Shown in pieces: positions 12,631 through 24,669 of a DNA stretch of 64,000 nucleotides. Within the stretch, counting starts at the first letter, position 1, and each line of letters begins with the position of its first letter. The notes beneath the pieces were generated by a model, which did no database searches, had not been told where the DNA came from, and saw only the letters and a list, made by a program, of their open reading frames with translations. The DNA comes from Macrostomum lignano (Eukaryota). The stretch lies in contig NIVC01001130.1 of NCBI GenBank assembly GCA_002269645.1, positions 186,001 through 250,000 on the forward strand, given 5' to 3'. A program made the translations under genes and the position numbers.

Positions 12631-12688
12631 ATATAACTGTCTCCGTTCTTTTCGTCCTTAGCCCTCTCCTTCCTTCTCTCCCGCTCAC

Positions 12689-12856
12689 ATCGAACTGCGC
12701 GGGCTCCAGATCGCGAAATATTCGGCAGTCTTTGCCGAACGACAGCAGGTCACCCAGCGCATAATCGGTGAACCCAACCGGCCGGTGCCGCCGCTGCCGG
12801 TCGATCTGGCAGACCGTCAACTGCAGCGAGTGGCTGTCGAGGCTGTCGTGCGGTAT
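12689..12856 (-). CDS. SYT15: Synaptotagmin-15-like exon (end of C2A): IPHDSLDSHSLQLTVCQIDRQRRHRPVG...RIFRDLEPAQFD
   Basis: DRQRRH..VG and IFRDLE resemble SYT15 DRQRKH.LLG and IWRDLE; CAG acceptor, GTGAG donor; 168 nt, phase 0-0. Confidence 0.88.
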
Positions 12857-12959
12857 CTGCCATGCCCGGTGTTCGGGTTCGGGGGGGGGGCAGCTCAACG
12901 GTCAACGCGTTCGACTCTCGGCATATTAACAGTTGATTGCACCTGCGGCCCTGCCCCAA

Positions 12960-13226
12960 TTAGGCCAGATGTGCAACCGACAGCTCAGCCGCAGCTATTG
13001 CGCGGCGCATCTGAAAGCTGCGTACGGCTGTTCAGTCCAAGGACTGGGGGGTCGCCACACATACCTTCAATTATCCCAGCTAATGCTGGCACCCATTTTA
13101 CAGCTGGGGTGAACTGAAGCATTGCAGAGTTAAGTGTCTTGCCCAATGAAACAGATTGTTCCGGTGGGAACAGGAATCGAAACCCCCACCCTCAAGTAGA
13201 GAGTCCGACGCTCTAAACTACTAGCT
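12960..13226 (-). mobile_element. tRNA-derived SINE with CORE-like central domain, in SYT15 intron; 3' end uncertain
   Basis: Minus strand: A-box-like TAGCTAGTAGTTTAGAGCG, B-box-like GGTTTCGATTCC, then TTGGGCAAGACACTTAACTCTGCAATGCTTCAGTTCACCCCAGCTGTAAAATGGG resembling the MIR/CORE consensus. Confidence 0.72.
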
Positions 13227-13268
13227 GTAGATAAAATTAAAATTAAGCAATATATTATTTAATTTTAC

Positions 13269-13362
13269 CCGAAAGTAGAACTTTTCGTCGAAATTCGGAC
13301 TGCTGGTCTTCCGTTTCACCGAAGTCGTGTGCACCCGGCGTTCGCCTCCCTCAACTGAGACG
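13269..13362 (-). CDS. SYT15: Synaptotagmin-15-like exon (C2A): VSVEGGERRVHTTSVKRKTSSPNFDEKFYFR
   Basis: KRKTS.P.FDE.F.F motif as in SYT15; CAG acceptor, GTAAAA donor; 94 nt, phase 2-0. Confidence 0.88.
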
Positions 13363-13484
13363 CTGAGTCCATGATGATGATGATGATGATGTGGGTTGAA
13401 GTGTCTTAGAATTATCCACAATGTGTGTCCTTGTATATCCAAATTCTATCCATCCATATTGTGTCTTTGATCTATGCACTGTCA

Positions 13485-15045
13485 ACACTCCTGTCCCTAT
13501 TGACTCGACACTCCTGTCCCTATTGACTCGACACTCCTGTCCCTATTGACTCGACACTCCTGTCCCTATTGACTCGACACTCCTGTCCCTATTGACTCGA
13601 CACTCCTGTCCCTATTGACTCGACACTCCTGTCCCTATTGACTCGACACTCCTGTCCCTATTGACTCGACACTCCTGTCCCTATTGACTCGACACTCCTG
13701 TCCCTATTGACTCGACACTCCTGTCCATATTGACTCGACACTCCTGTCCCTATTGACTCGACACTCCTGTCCCTATTGACTCGACACTCCTGTCCCTATT
13801 GACTCGACACTCCTGTCCCTATTGACTCGACACTCCTGTCCCTATTGACTCGACACTCCTGTCCATATTGACTCGACACTCCTGTCCCTATTGACTCGAC
13901 ACTCCTGTCCCTATTGACTCGACACTCCTGTCCCTACTGAGTCGACACTCCTGTCCCTATTGACTCGACACTCCTGTCCCTATTGACTCGACACTCCTGT
14001 CCATATTGACTCGACACTCCTGTCCCTATTGACTCGACACTCCTGTCCCTATTGACTCGACACTCCTGTCCCTATTGACTCGACACTCCTGTCCCTATTG
14101 ACTCGACACTCCTGTCCCTACTGACTCGACACTCCTGTCCCTATTGACTCGACACTCCTGTCCCTATTGACTCGACACTCCTGTCCCTATTGACTCGACA
14201 CTCCTGTCCCTACTGAGTCGACACTCCTGTCCCTATTGACTCGACACTTCTGTCCCTATTGACTCGACACTCCTGTCCCTACTGACTCGACACTCCTGTC
14301 CCTATTGACTCGACACTCCTGTCCCTATTGACTCGACACTCCTGTCCCTATTGACTCAACACTCCTGTCCCTATTGACTCGACACTCCTGTCCCTACTGA
14401 CTCGACACTCCTGTCCCTATTGACTCGACACTCCTGTCCCTATTGACTCGACACTCCTGTCCCTATTGACTCAACACTCCTGTCCCTATTGACTCGACAC
14501 TCCTGTCCCTATTGACTCGACACTCCTGTCCCTATTGACTCGACACTCCTGTCCCTATTGACTCGACACTCCTGTCCCTATTGACTCGACACTCCTATCC
14601 CTATTGACTCGACACTCCTGTCCATATTGACTCGACACTCCTGTCCCTATTGACTCGACACTCCTGTCCCTATTGACTCGACACTCCTGTCCCTATTGAC
14701 TCGACACTCCTGTCCCTACTGACTCGACACTCCTGTCCATATTGACTCGACACTCCTGTCCATATTGACTCGACACTCCTGTCCCTGTTGACTCGACACT
14801 CCTGTCCCTACTGACTCGACACTCCTGTCCATATTGACTCGACACTCCTGTCCATATTGACTCGACACTCCTGTCCCTATTGACTCGACACTCCTGTCCC
14901 TATTGACTCGACACTCCTGTCCATATTGACTCGACACTCCTGTCCCTGTTGACTCGACACTCCTGTCCATATTGACTCGACACTCCTGTCCATATTGACT
15001 CGACACTCCTGTCCCTGTTGACTCGACACTCCTGTCCCTACTGAG
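13485..15045. repeat. 23-bp minisatellite (GACTCGACACTCCTGTCCCTATT), ~68 copies
   Basis: Direct periodicity. Confidence 0.97.
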
Positions 15046-15060
15046 TCGCCACCCCCTCAC

Positions 15061-15295
15061 CGCACATAGCAGTCTGCCGCCTGCGTCGTTTCCCTGCCGC
15101 TGCCGCTGCCGCCGCCGTTGCTTGGTCGCAGGTTCCTGGCTTTGGCCACCGTGACAGTCAGCTGCTCGGCGTCCTTGGAGTAGTTGAGCACGAACCACAG
15201 ACGGCCGACGTGTCCTGGCGGCTGCTCGTACAGCTCGTCGGCTCCTTCGTTGAAATACAGGGTCGGGTCCAGCTGGCCTAGGGCGCGGCTTTTCA
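15061..15295 (-). CDS. SYT15: Synaptotagmin-15-like exon (linker + start of C2A): KSRALGQLDPTLY...GRLWFVLNYSKDAEQLTVTVAKARNL...DCYVR
   Basis: G.LDP.LY and GRLWF..Y motifs; CTGCAG acceptor, CG|GTGAG donor; 235 nt, phase 1-2. Confidence 0.9.
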
Positions 15296-15399
15296 CTGCA
15301 GGGTAGGACAGACTTCTCGTGCAGTTGATGGCTGAGACCTTTCCCATCGTAAATGTGTCCTTGACTCCTTTCCCATCATCGATGTGTGCTTCCCCATTT

Positions 15400-15735
15400 C
15401 TAATGTGTCTTTCCCCATCTCCAAAGTGTCCTTCCTCATCCCCAAAGTGTCCCTCCCCATCCCCAAAGTGTCCTTCCCCATCCCCAAAGTGTCCTTCCCC
15501 ATCCCCAAAGTGTCCTTCCCCATCCCCAAAGTGTCCTTCCCCATCCCAAAGTGTCCTTCCCCATCCCCAAAGTGTCCTTCCCCATCCCAAAGTGTCCTTC
15601 CTCATCCCCAAAGGTCTTTCCCCATCCCCAAAGTGTCCTTCCCCATCCCCAAAGTGTCCTTCCCCATCCCCAAAGTGTCCTTCCCCATCCCCAAAGTGTC
15701 CTTCCCCATCCCCAAAGTGTCCCTCCCCATCCCGA
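15400..15735. repeat. 21-bp minisatellite (CCCCATCCCCAAAGTGTCCTT), ~15 copies
   Basis: Direct periodicity. Confidence 0.93.
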
Positions 15736-16184
15736 TAATCTCCCCTTATTCTGCATCCCTTTGCAAATCTGGGAGCAAGCGCGGATTTTGTGAAAGTTAT
15801 TAGCAGAATGCGTTAGACAAAAGCTAGTCGCTCGGAGCATTATTTGTCCCCAATGCCACAATGGCTAGTTAGCAAGAGCAGGGAGATTGACTTCGGCTGC
15901 TCAACGCCCAGGCATTTGGAGTGTAATGAGCACAGGGAGTGCGAGAATACCCGCTCCCCTTTGTGTCCTATTCCCATATAGGAGTGAAAAATTGTGGAAA
16001 TTAACTGATTCACAAGGGGGCGCAGTGCCTCACACCCATTGTAGATGGAGACAATAATGAATTGCAGTGCTTTCAGCGCATTGCTCTACTGCTGGCGAAA
16101 AAAGTACTTAGCGATCTGCAAGTCTCCTTGTCCACCCTATCTAATATTATATCTCTATATGTCTATCTACCAATCTGCGCTACT

Positions 16185-16655
16185 GATCTGCCATCTACTC
16201 AACTACTAATCTGCCGTTCACTAATTATCTACTAATCTGCCATTCACTAATCTACTAATCTGCTATTCACTAATCTACTAATCTGACATTCACTAATCTA
16301 CTAATCTGCCATTCACTAATCTACTAATCTGCTATTCACTGATATACTAATCTGCTATTCACTAATCTACTAATCTGCCATTCACTAATCTACTAATCTG
16401 ACATTCACTAATCTACTAATCTGCCATTCACTAATTATCTAATCTGCTATTCACTAATCTACTAATCCGCCATTCACTAATCTACTAATCTGCCGTTCAC
16501 TAATCTACTAATCTTCCATTCACTAATCTACTAATCTGCCATTCACTGATCTAATTATCTGCCAGTCACTAATCTACTAATCTGACATTCACTAATCTAC
16601 TAATCTGCCGTTCACTAATCTACTAATCTGCCGTTCACTAATCTACTAATCTGTC
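16185..16655. repeat. 23-bp minisatellite (CTAATCTGCCATTCACTAATCTA), ~20 copies
   Basis: Direct periodicity. Confidence 0.92.
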
Positions 16656-16680
16656 AGTCAAAGTGCCTGGCGGCTCTCAC

Positions 16681-16938
16681 TGTGATCAGTCGGCGCGTAC
16701 TTCTTCGGCATTATCCAGCTGGCTCCGAACAAGCCGCCACCGCCGCCACCGCCGCCACCTCCAACATTGTCTCCGCCCTGAGCTGCCGACGCCGCCGCCG
16801 ACTCCGCTGCTGGCGTCGCATTCGCTGACATTCTCTGCGGCCGGTGCAGCTGCCGGACGGTGGATCCGATTGAGCGAAAGCCGGACATTGTATTGGACTT
16901 GGCCATCTGCAGCAGCTGGCTGGCATCGCCCCTGCCTG
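16681..16938 (-). CDS. Low-complexity linker exon of SYT15-like gene (AGRGDASQLLQMAKS...poly-Gly...KKYAPTDH)
   Basis: CCCCAG acceptor, A|GTGAG donor; 258 nt open, phase 1-1 matching both neighbours; no family motif. Confidence 0.7.
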
Positions 16939-16957
16939 CTGGGGCGGTTGAGGGTGT

Positions 16958-17514
<557 letters not shown>

Positions 17515-17525
17515 CCCCTCCGTAC

Positions 17526-17662
17526 CCGCCCTGCCGTCGCCGCCGCTAGAGCTGCCGTCGAAGTGCCAGCTGATGGACCGGCCAATCAGGGTCAGCAGGC
17601 CGACATCTTCCTGATCGTCGGTGGGCCCTCCGCTGCTAGCAGCGCCAGCCATGTCTGTTTGA
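17526..17662 (-). CDS. Linker exon of SYT15-like gene (QTDMAGAASSGGPTDDQEDVGLL...GGDGRA)
   Basis: CTCTCAG acceptor, G|GTACGG donor; 137 nt, phase 2-1. Confidence 0.65.
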
Positions 17663-17894
17663 CTGAGAGCTTCGCCAATTCAACGGTTAACCTCCAGGCT
17701 GAAGGGCCTTGGCAAGCCCAGCTGAGTGGCTATATACAGAAGAGCGACTGCGGTTGTCGGCTGTGATTGGCTGGCTCCTGGTAGGGTCGACAAACGGACG
17801 GGATGAGATTTCATGAATGAGAATCCTCCAATAAAGCTCATCGTTTTAAAGATCATAAAGGTTTTATAGATTAAGAGACAAGAATCTATGAGAC

Positions 17895-18958
17895 ATAGAA
17901 ATGTTATCAGCTAAGACTGTTAGTCAAGCACAGCTCTGTCACCCATAGACTACAGAAATGTTATCAGCTAAGACTGTTAGTCAAGCACAGCTCTGTCACC
18001 CATAGACTACAGAAATGTTATCAGCTAAGACTGTTAGTCAAGCACAGCTCTGTCACCCATAGACTATAGAAATGTTATCAGCTAAGACTGTTAGTCAAGC
18101 ACAGCTCTGTCACCCATAGACTACAGAAATGTTATCAGCTAAGACTGTTAGTCAAGCACAGCTCTGTCACCCATAGACTATAGAAATGTTATCAGCTAAG
18201 ACTGTTAGTCAAGCACAGCTCTGTCACCCATAGACTATAGAAATTTTATCAGCTAAGACTGTTAGTCAAGCACAGCTCTGTCACCCATAGACTACAGAAA
18301 TGTTATCAGCTAAGACTGTTAGTCAAGCACAGCTCTGTCACCCATAGACTATAGAAATGTTATCAGCTAAGACTGTTAGTCAAGCACAGCTCTGTCACCC
18401 ATAGACTATAGAAATGTTATCAGCTAAGACTGTTAGTCAAGCACAGCTCTGTCACCCATAGACTACAGAAATGTTATCAGCTAAGACTGTTAGTCAAGCA
18501 CAGCTCTGTCACCCATAGACTATAGAAATGTTATCAGCTAAGACTGTTAGTCAAGCACAGCTCTGTCACCCATAGACTACAGAAATGTTATCAGCTAAGA
18601 CTGTTAGTCAAGCACAGCTCTGTCACCCATAGACTATAGAAATTTTATCAGCTAAGACTGTTAGTCAAGCACAGCTCTGTCACCCATAGACTATAGAAAT
18701 TTTATCAGCTAAGACTGTTAGTCAAGCACAGCTCTGTCACCCATAGACTATAGAAATGTTATCAGCTAAGACTGTTAGTCAAGCACAGCTCTGTCACCCA
18801 TAGACTATAGAAATGTTATCAGCTAAGACTGTTAGTCAAGCACAGCTCTGTCACCCATAGACTACAGAAATGTTATCAGCTAAGACTGTTAGTCAAGCAC
18901 AGCTCTGTCACCCATAGACTATAGAAATGTTATCAGCTAAGACTGTTAGTCAAGCACA
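17895..18958. repeat. 57-bp minisatellite (GAAATGTTATCAGCTAAGACTGTTAGTCAAGCACAGCTCTGTCACCCATAGACTAYA), ~18.5 near-identical copies
   Basis: Direct periodicity. Confidence 0.97.
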
Positions 18959-19644
18959 TAGTCAATGTTATCTGCTGTCAGTTTAGTACTTTACTGTATG
19001 CGGAACAAAATTTTAGGCGAATTTACTCAATCTCGGGTCAAACTTGCAATAAAAAATCTAAAACTTTTTCACCCCGTCGGTCAGTTGAGCTGACGAGGCT
19101 CGACAGGAGAAGGGTAGAAAGCGAAGAATTAAGTAGGGAGGCTCGGGGGGGATGCACTGCGGGCCATCCTCGCTTGACCGCGTCACCCGAGCGCTAAATT
19201 GAAATTGCACACAATTAATATCAACCAAGGCACTCCTAACTTCGGTGAGCGAGTTGCAGCGACCGCTGATAGAAGAACCTGTCAAGGACTAGAAGGAGTC
19301 TTATTTGCTGTCCTAATTAATATCATCTGAAACTTTTTAGGAAGCATTTTTGAGAAAAAAGTTCTCCATTCTCAGAATATTGGTAGTCTGTTACATTGTC
19401 AGCCACCAGATTAACTACGGGAAAAATTAGGTTGGGCAGTACAAACCGCAGAAATTCTGTTGACCAAGTCTACCGTGAGCTAAAATTGGAAAAATATACG
19501 AGTAGTTATCTGGTTTGCTGAGCCTGGGGATATCGAAAATCCGGCTCATATTGACATTTTATTTAAGAACTGTTTGCTAACAGCAGGGCTGCAGTGTAAG
19601 TTTTTGTTCGTTTTCAGTGCTGATAGCGGCAGTCTGAAAGCCTG

Positions 19645-20387
19645 CCTGTCTTAGTGTCTGCCTTAGTGTCTGCCTTAGTGTCTGCCTTAGTGTCTGCCTT
19701 AGTGTCTGCCTTAGTGTCTGCCTTAGTGTCTGCCTTAGTGTCTGCCTTAGTGTCTGCCTTAGTGTCTGCCTTAGTGTCTGCCTTAGTGTCTGCCTTAGTG
19801 TCTGCCTTAGTGTCTGCCTTAGTGTCTGCCTTAGTGTCTGCCTTAGTGTCTGCCTTAGTGTCTGCCTTAGTGTCTGTCTTAGTGTCTGTCTTAGTGTCTG
19901 CCTTAGTATCTGCCTTAGTGTCTGTCTTAGTGTCTGTCTTAGTGTCTGCCTTAGTGTCTGCCTTAGTGTCTGCCTTAGTATCTGTCTTAGTGTCTGTCTT
20001 AGTGTCTGCCTTAGTGTCTGTCTTAGTGTCTGTCCTAGTGTCTGTCTTAGTGTCTGTCTTAGTGTCCGCCTTAGTGTCTGTCCTAGTGTCTGTCTTAGTG
20101 TCTGCCTAAGTGTCTGTCTTAGTGTCTGTCCTAGTGTCTGTCTTAGTGTCTGTCTTAGTGTCCGCCTTAGTGTCTGTCCTAGTGTCTGTCTTAGTGTCTG
20201 CCTAAGTGTCTGTCTTAGTGTCTGTCCTAGTGTCTGTCCTAGTGTCTGTCTTAGTGTCTGTCTTAGTGTCCGCCTTAGTGTCTGTCCTAGTGTCTATCTT
20301 AGTGTCTGCCTTAGTGTCTGTCCTACTGTCTGCCTTAGTGTCTGTCCTAGTGTCTGCCTTAGTGTCTGTCTTAGTGTCTGCCTTAGT
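19645..20387. repeat. 12-bp minisatellite (TTAGTGTCTGYC), ~60 copies
   Basis: Direct periodicity. Confidence 0.97.
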
Positions 20388-20603
20388 GCATGCTAACTAA
20401 TACATACACATACCTGCATTGCCCTATGCATTAGTTGAACCTTCAACACCCAACGTGAAATCATGAACAGAATCAGCATCTCCAGCCGGACAAGTTTATT
20501 TAAATTGGATTGTTTTGTTTCTCCGAGTTTCGAGTTTCAACATCAAGTTCAGAAGGTGGAGCATCGAGTCGGCATTCAACGGTTCCCGTAGCCCCGCGCT
20601 CAC

Positions 20604-20697
20604 ACCTGCATCGAGGCCTCCGAGCTCGTCGTGCGGCTGCTGTAGCCAACCAGAGCCCCGGCCACCAGCAGAGAGTCCTCGGACTCGTCCGTAACGA

Positions 20698-20758
<61 letters not shown>

Positions 20759-21136
20759 GCCGTCAACCGTAGTCAAATTTGTAGTCGACCGTTCGATTCT
20801 CCACCTAGACGCCGACGTCTCGGAGGCAGCGTCGGCTGCGGCAGCGGTGGCCTCGTTAATGGCTAAGAAGTCGGGCTTCAGGTCGGCCAGTTGGCTGTCA
20901 GAGGTGCTGCAGCTGCCCAGCCGGTGGAGGCGGTCCTGAATGCTGCCATCACCTGTACTGGAATCGTCGGGCCCAAGTGTGCGGCTGTCGGCGAATGAGG
21001 CGACCGTCTGCCTGCCCCGATTCAAGCAGATCCAGCGGGCCGACAGGGACGACGGGCAGGAGGAGGCGGCCGGCAGCCGGTAGCCGAAGTTGAGGAACGG
21101 CGCGTCGGTGAGATACGGCACCGGGTCCGTGATGCC
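20604..21136 (-). CDS. Ser/Gly-rich linker exon of SYT15-like gene (GITDPVPYL...~21 Gly...SSEASMQ)
   Basis: CCCTCAG acceptor, GT|GTGAG donor; 533 nt open, phase 0-2; GC-rich codon-like composition. Confidence 0.65.
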
Positions 21137-21153
21137 CTGAGGGTAGGGCGCGA

Positions 21154-21385
21154 CTCTGGCTGTGCTGTCCATCCCTTCTCTCCACTCTCTGGCTGTGCTG
21201 TCCATCCCTTCTCTCCACTCTCTGGCTGTGCTGTCCATCCCTTCTCTCCACTCTCTGGCTGTGCTGTCCATCCCTTCTCTCCACTCTCTAGCTGTGCTGT
21301 CCATCCCTTCTCTCCACTCTCTGACTGTGCTGTCCATCCCTTCTCTCCACTCTCTGGCTGTGCTGTCCATCCCTTCTCTCCACTC
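21154..21385. repeat. 33-bp minisatellite (CTCTCTGGCTGTGCTGTCCATCCCTTCTCTCCA), ~7 copies
   Basis: Direct periodicity. Confidence 0.93.
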
Positions 21386-21465
21386 TCTCTCTGGCTGGAC
21401 CGCCACCCCTTCATCTCGTCTCTTAGCTTAAGCCGCCTCCCTCTCAAACCCGAACTCCCCCTTAC

Positions 21466-21565
21466 CAAACGGGTCATCAGCATTCGCCTCTTCTCAACGC
21501 CAAAGATACCGGAAGTCTTCTGCGGCATAGGCAGCACTGTGCATCTGTTCAGCTCAAGCAGGTTC
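21466..21565 (-). CDS. Small internal exon (NLLELNRCTVLPMPQKTSGIFGVEKRRMLMTRL) bridging TMEM55-like and SYT15-like parts
   Basis: TACTGAC branch-point-like motif ~35 nt upstream, TCCAG acceptor, GTAAGG donor; 100 nt, phase 2-0; only one open frame. Confidence 0.6.
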
Positions 21566-22264
21566 CTGGATTGCAGCAGTTGAGCGGGTTTGGTGTCAGT
21601 AAGAAAATTTATTATAATACTACATTGAGTTCTGTATCTCAGGCCTTCGATATGAAGGCAGTGCGTGGGGATTAGGGGGGAGGAAAAAAATAAAGAACAG
21701 AGCAATCGACTGGAAGAGATGGATGCGTTTTTAGAGTAAGGGAATGGGAGGTTGAAGCCACAGAGAAGTTTTTTTCTAAGAGGGAGAATTCTCGTATTAA
21801 AGTCCGTCCATGGCAACTGTCTCATGTAGGTCAATACCGCCTGCCGGAGCCCTCGAGTCGCACGTGACTAAGTCTGGGGGTTCGATTTCCGATCCTTCAG
21901 CATATGATGCAAATCTAGATGGACAGCGAGCTCGACAAGAGGCCGCGGGAAGACCCGACAAGCAGCAGCCGGAGACCAGACCGGCTATTCGCTTCACTGC
22001 TGTTGGAGTTCTAACTGACTGGAGTTCAGACTTGAGCTCAGGAGGAGCCACTGGCCCATGGCAACCAGTATATTGATTTTCTGCGAGCAACCCTATCACC
22101 TCAAGGAATCTATCGAAGTGCATTGGAATGTTCGGGGGTTAAAAAATGCCTACAGGGCACGGCTTATGGTTGAAAAGTTTGCTCAGAGAATCTTTTAATT
22201 GACATTATCTGATCACGGAACTTTCCAGCACAGAGTCCGTCAGGCATCACCCGGGGAGTCAATT

Positions 22265-24017
22265 GAGTCCATCAAGCATCACCCAGGAACTCAACTGAGA
22301 GTCCATCAAGCATCACCCAGGAACTCAACTGAGAGTCCATCAAGCATCACCCAGGAACTCAACTGAGAGTCCATCAAGCATCACCCAGGGACTCAACTGA
22401 GAGTCCATCAAGCATCACCCAGGGACTCAACTGAGAGTCCATCAAGCATCACCCAGGAACTCAACTGAAAGTCCATCAAGCATCACCCAGGAACTCACTG
22501 AGAGTCCATCAAGCATCACCCAGGAACTCACTGAGAGTCCATCAAGCATCATCCAGCCACTCAACTGAGAGTCCATCAAGCATCACCCAGGGACTCAACT
22601 GAGAGTCCATCAAGCATCACCCAGGAACTCAACTGAGAGTCCATCAAGCATCACCCAGGAACTCAACTGAAAGTCCATCAAGCATCACCCAGGAACTCAA
22701 CTGAGAGTCCATCAAGCATCACCCAGGAACTCAACTGAAAGTCCATCAAGCATCACCCAGGAACTCACTGAGAGTCCATCAAGCATCACCCAGGGACTCA
22801 ACTGAAAGTCCATCAAGCATCACCCAGGAACTCAACTGAGAGTCCATCAAGCAACACCCAGGAACTCAACTGAGAGTCCATCAAGCAACACCCAGGAACT
22901 CACTGAGAGTCCATCAAGCATCACCCAGGGACTCAACTGAGAGTCCATCAAGCATCACCCAGGAACTCACTGAGAGTCCATCAAGCATCACCCAGGAACT
23001 CACTGAGAGTCCATCAAGCATCACCCAGGAACTCAACTGAGAGTCCATCAAGCATCACCCAGGAACTCACTGAGAGTCCATCAAGCATCACCCAGGAACT
23101 CAACTGAGAGTCCATCAAGCATCACCCAGGAACTCAACTGAGAGTCCATCAAGCAACACCCAGGAACTCACTGAGAGTCCATCAAGCATCACCCAGGAAC
23201 TCAACTGAGAGTCCATCAAGCATCACCCAGGGACTCAACTGAAAGTCCATCAAGCATCACCCAGGAACTCAACTGAGAGTCCATCAAGCAACACCCAGGA
23301 ACTCAACTGAGAGTCCATCAAGCATCACCCAGGAACTCACTGAGAGTCCATCAAGCATCACCCAGGAACTCAACTGAGAGTCCATCAAGCATCACCCAGG
23401 AACTCAACTGAGAGTCCATCAAACATCATCCAGCCACTCAACTGAGAGTCCATCAAGCATCACCCAGGAACTCACTGAGAGTCCATCAAGCATCACCCAG
23501 GAACTCACTGAGAGTCCATCAAGCATCACCCAGGGACTCAACTGAGAGTCCATCAAGCATCACCCAGGAACTCAACTGAAAGTCCATCAAGCATCACCCA
23601 GGGACTCAACTGAGAGTCCATCAAGCATCACCCAGGAACTCAACTGAGAGTCCATCAAGCATCACCCAGGAACTCAACTGAGAGTCCATCAAGCATCACC
23701 CAGGAACTCAACTGAGAGTCCATCAAGCATCACCCAGGAACTCAACTGAAAGTCCATCAAGCATCACCCAGGAACTCAACTGAAAGTCCATCAAGCATCA
23801 CCCAGGGACTCAACTGAGAGTCCATCAAGCATCACCCAGGAACTCAACTGAGAGTCCATCAAGCATCACCCAGGAACTCAACTGAGAGTCCATCAAGCAT
23901 CACCCAGGAACTCAACTGAAAGTCCATCAAGCATCACCCAGGAACTCAACTGAAAGTCCATCAAGCATCACCCAGCCACTCAACTGAGAGTCCATCAAGC
24001 ATCACCCAGGGACTCAA
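22265..24017. repeat. 34/33-bp minisatellite (CATCAAGCATCACCCAGGAACTCAACTGAGAGTC), ~52 copies
   Basis: Direct periodicity. Confidence 0.97.
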
Positions 24018-24036
24018 GCGAAGCAGATTTGCTCAC

Positions 24037-24423
24037 TGCAGCAGCCGAGACTTGTGCCGCTGATAATGCTTCCTGCTCCGCCTGGCAATGTAGGCCACAA
24101 AGGCGCACATGAACAGCATTAGGAACGGCATCGGCGAGATGTAAGAATCGCATGACGACCACTTGATGGCGATCAGGGTTATCTGGAGAACAGCCTCTAT
24201 GCCGATCAGGACAGCCAGAATTAGCAGCTCCACCCAGCGGGGCACAGTGACGCTGCCGCAAGGCAGTTGCAGCACATCGCCTTTCCATTGTGAACCACTG
24301 GACAGAATGTACTTGCTGAAGAAGCACCTTGGACAGCGGTGCGTGTACCGGTGCTTGTACAGGGTGACGTACCTGGTGGTATGAATCGATGATTTGATAA
24401 GGCTGGTGAGCTGGCACATTAGC
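24037..24423 (-). CDS. TMEM55: TMEM55/PIP4P-like exon 2: CPRC knuckle plus two TM helices; ends at CA|GTGAGC donor (or TGA at 24033-24035 if unspliced)
   Basis: CCAAG acceptor, phase 2 fits exon 1; HRCPRC; TM1 [26 protein letters not shown]2 [16 protein letters not shown] followed by RRSRK. Confidence 0.72.
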
Positions 24424-24454
24424 CTTGGCTCACGTTACTACTATCAACCCACCG

Positions 24455-24640
24455 GTGCACCCACCTCACTCAGCACTCACCTCACTCCGCACCCACCTCA
24501 CTCCGCACCCACCTCACTCCGCACCCACCTCAGTCTGCACCCACATCAGTCTGCACCCACCTCACTCAGCATCCACCTCAGTCTGCACCCACATCAGTCT
24601 GCACCCACCTCACTCAGCATCCACCTCAGTCTGCACCCAC
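24455..24640. repeat. Short C-rich composite tandem repeat (CACCCACCTCA.. / CAGTCTG..) in TMEM55-like intron 1
   Basis: Recurrent CACCCAC.TCA motifs. Confidence 0.8.
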
Positions 24641-24669
24641 TTCTCTAAAAAATCAACTTTAAAGCTCAC

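Noticed and set aside
13160-13226. Possible tRNA gene
   Set aside because: Acceptor and D stems are not reconstructable; it continues into a CORE-like body, so it is treated as a SINE head
13485-15045. CRISPR-like appearance of 23-36-bp repeats here and at 1-445, 22265-24017, 34215-36590
   Set aside because: Units are head-to-tail with no unique spacers, there are no cas genes, and the context is eukaryotic
21797-22123. 108-aa ORF and a B-box-like GGGTTCGATTTCC near 21878
   Set aside because: No recognisable motif or phase-compatible splice sites for the ORF; no A-box or cloverleaf to support a tRNA or SINE
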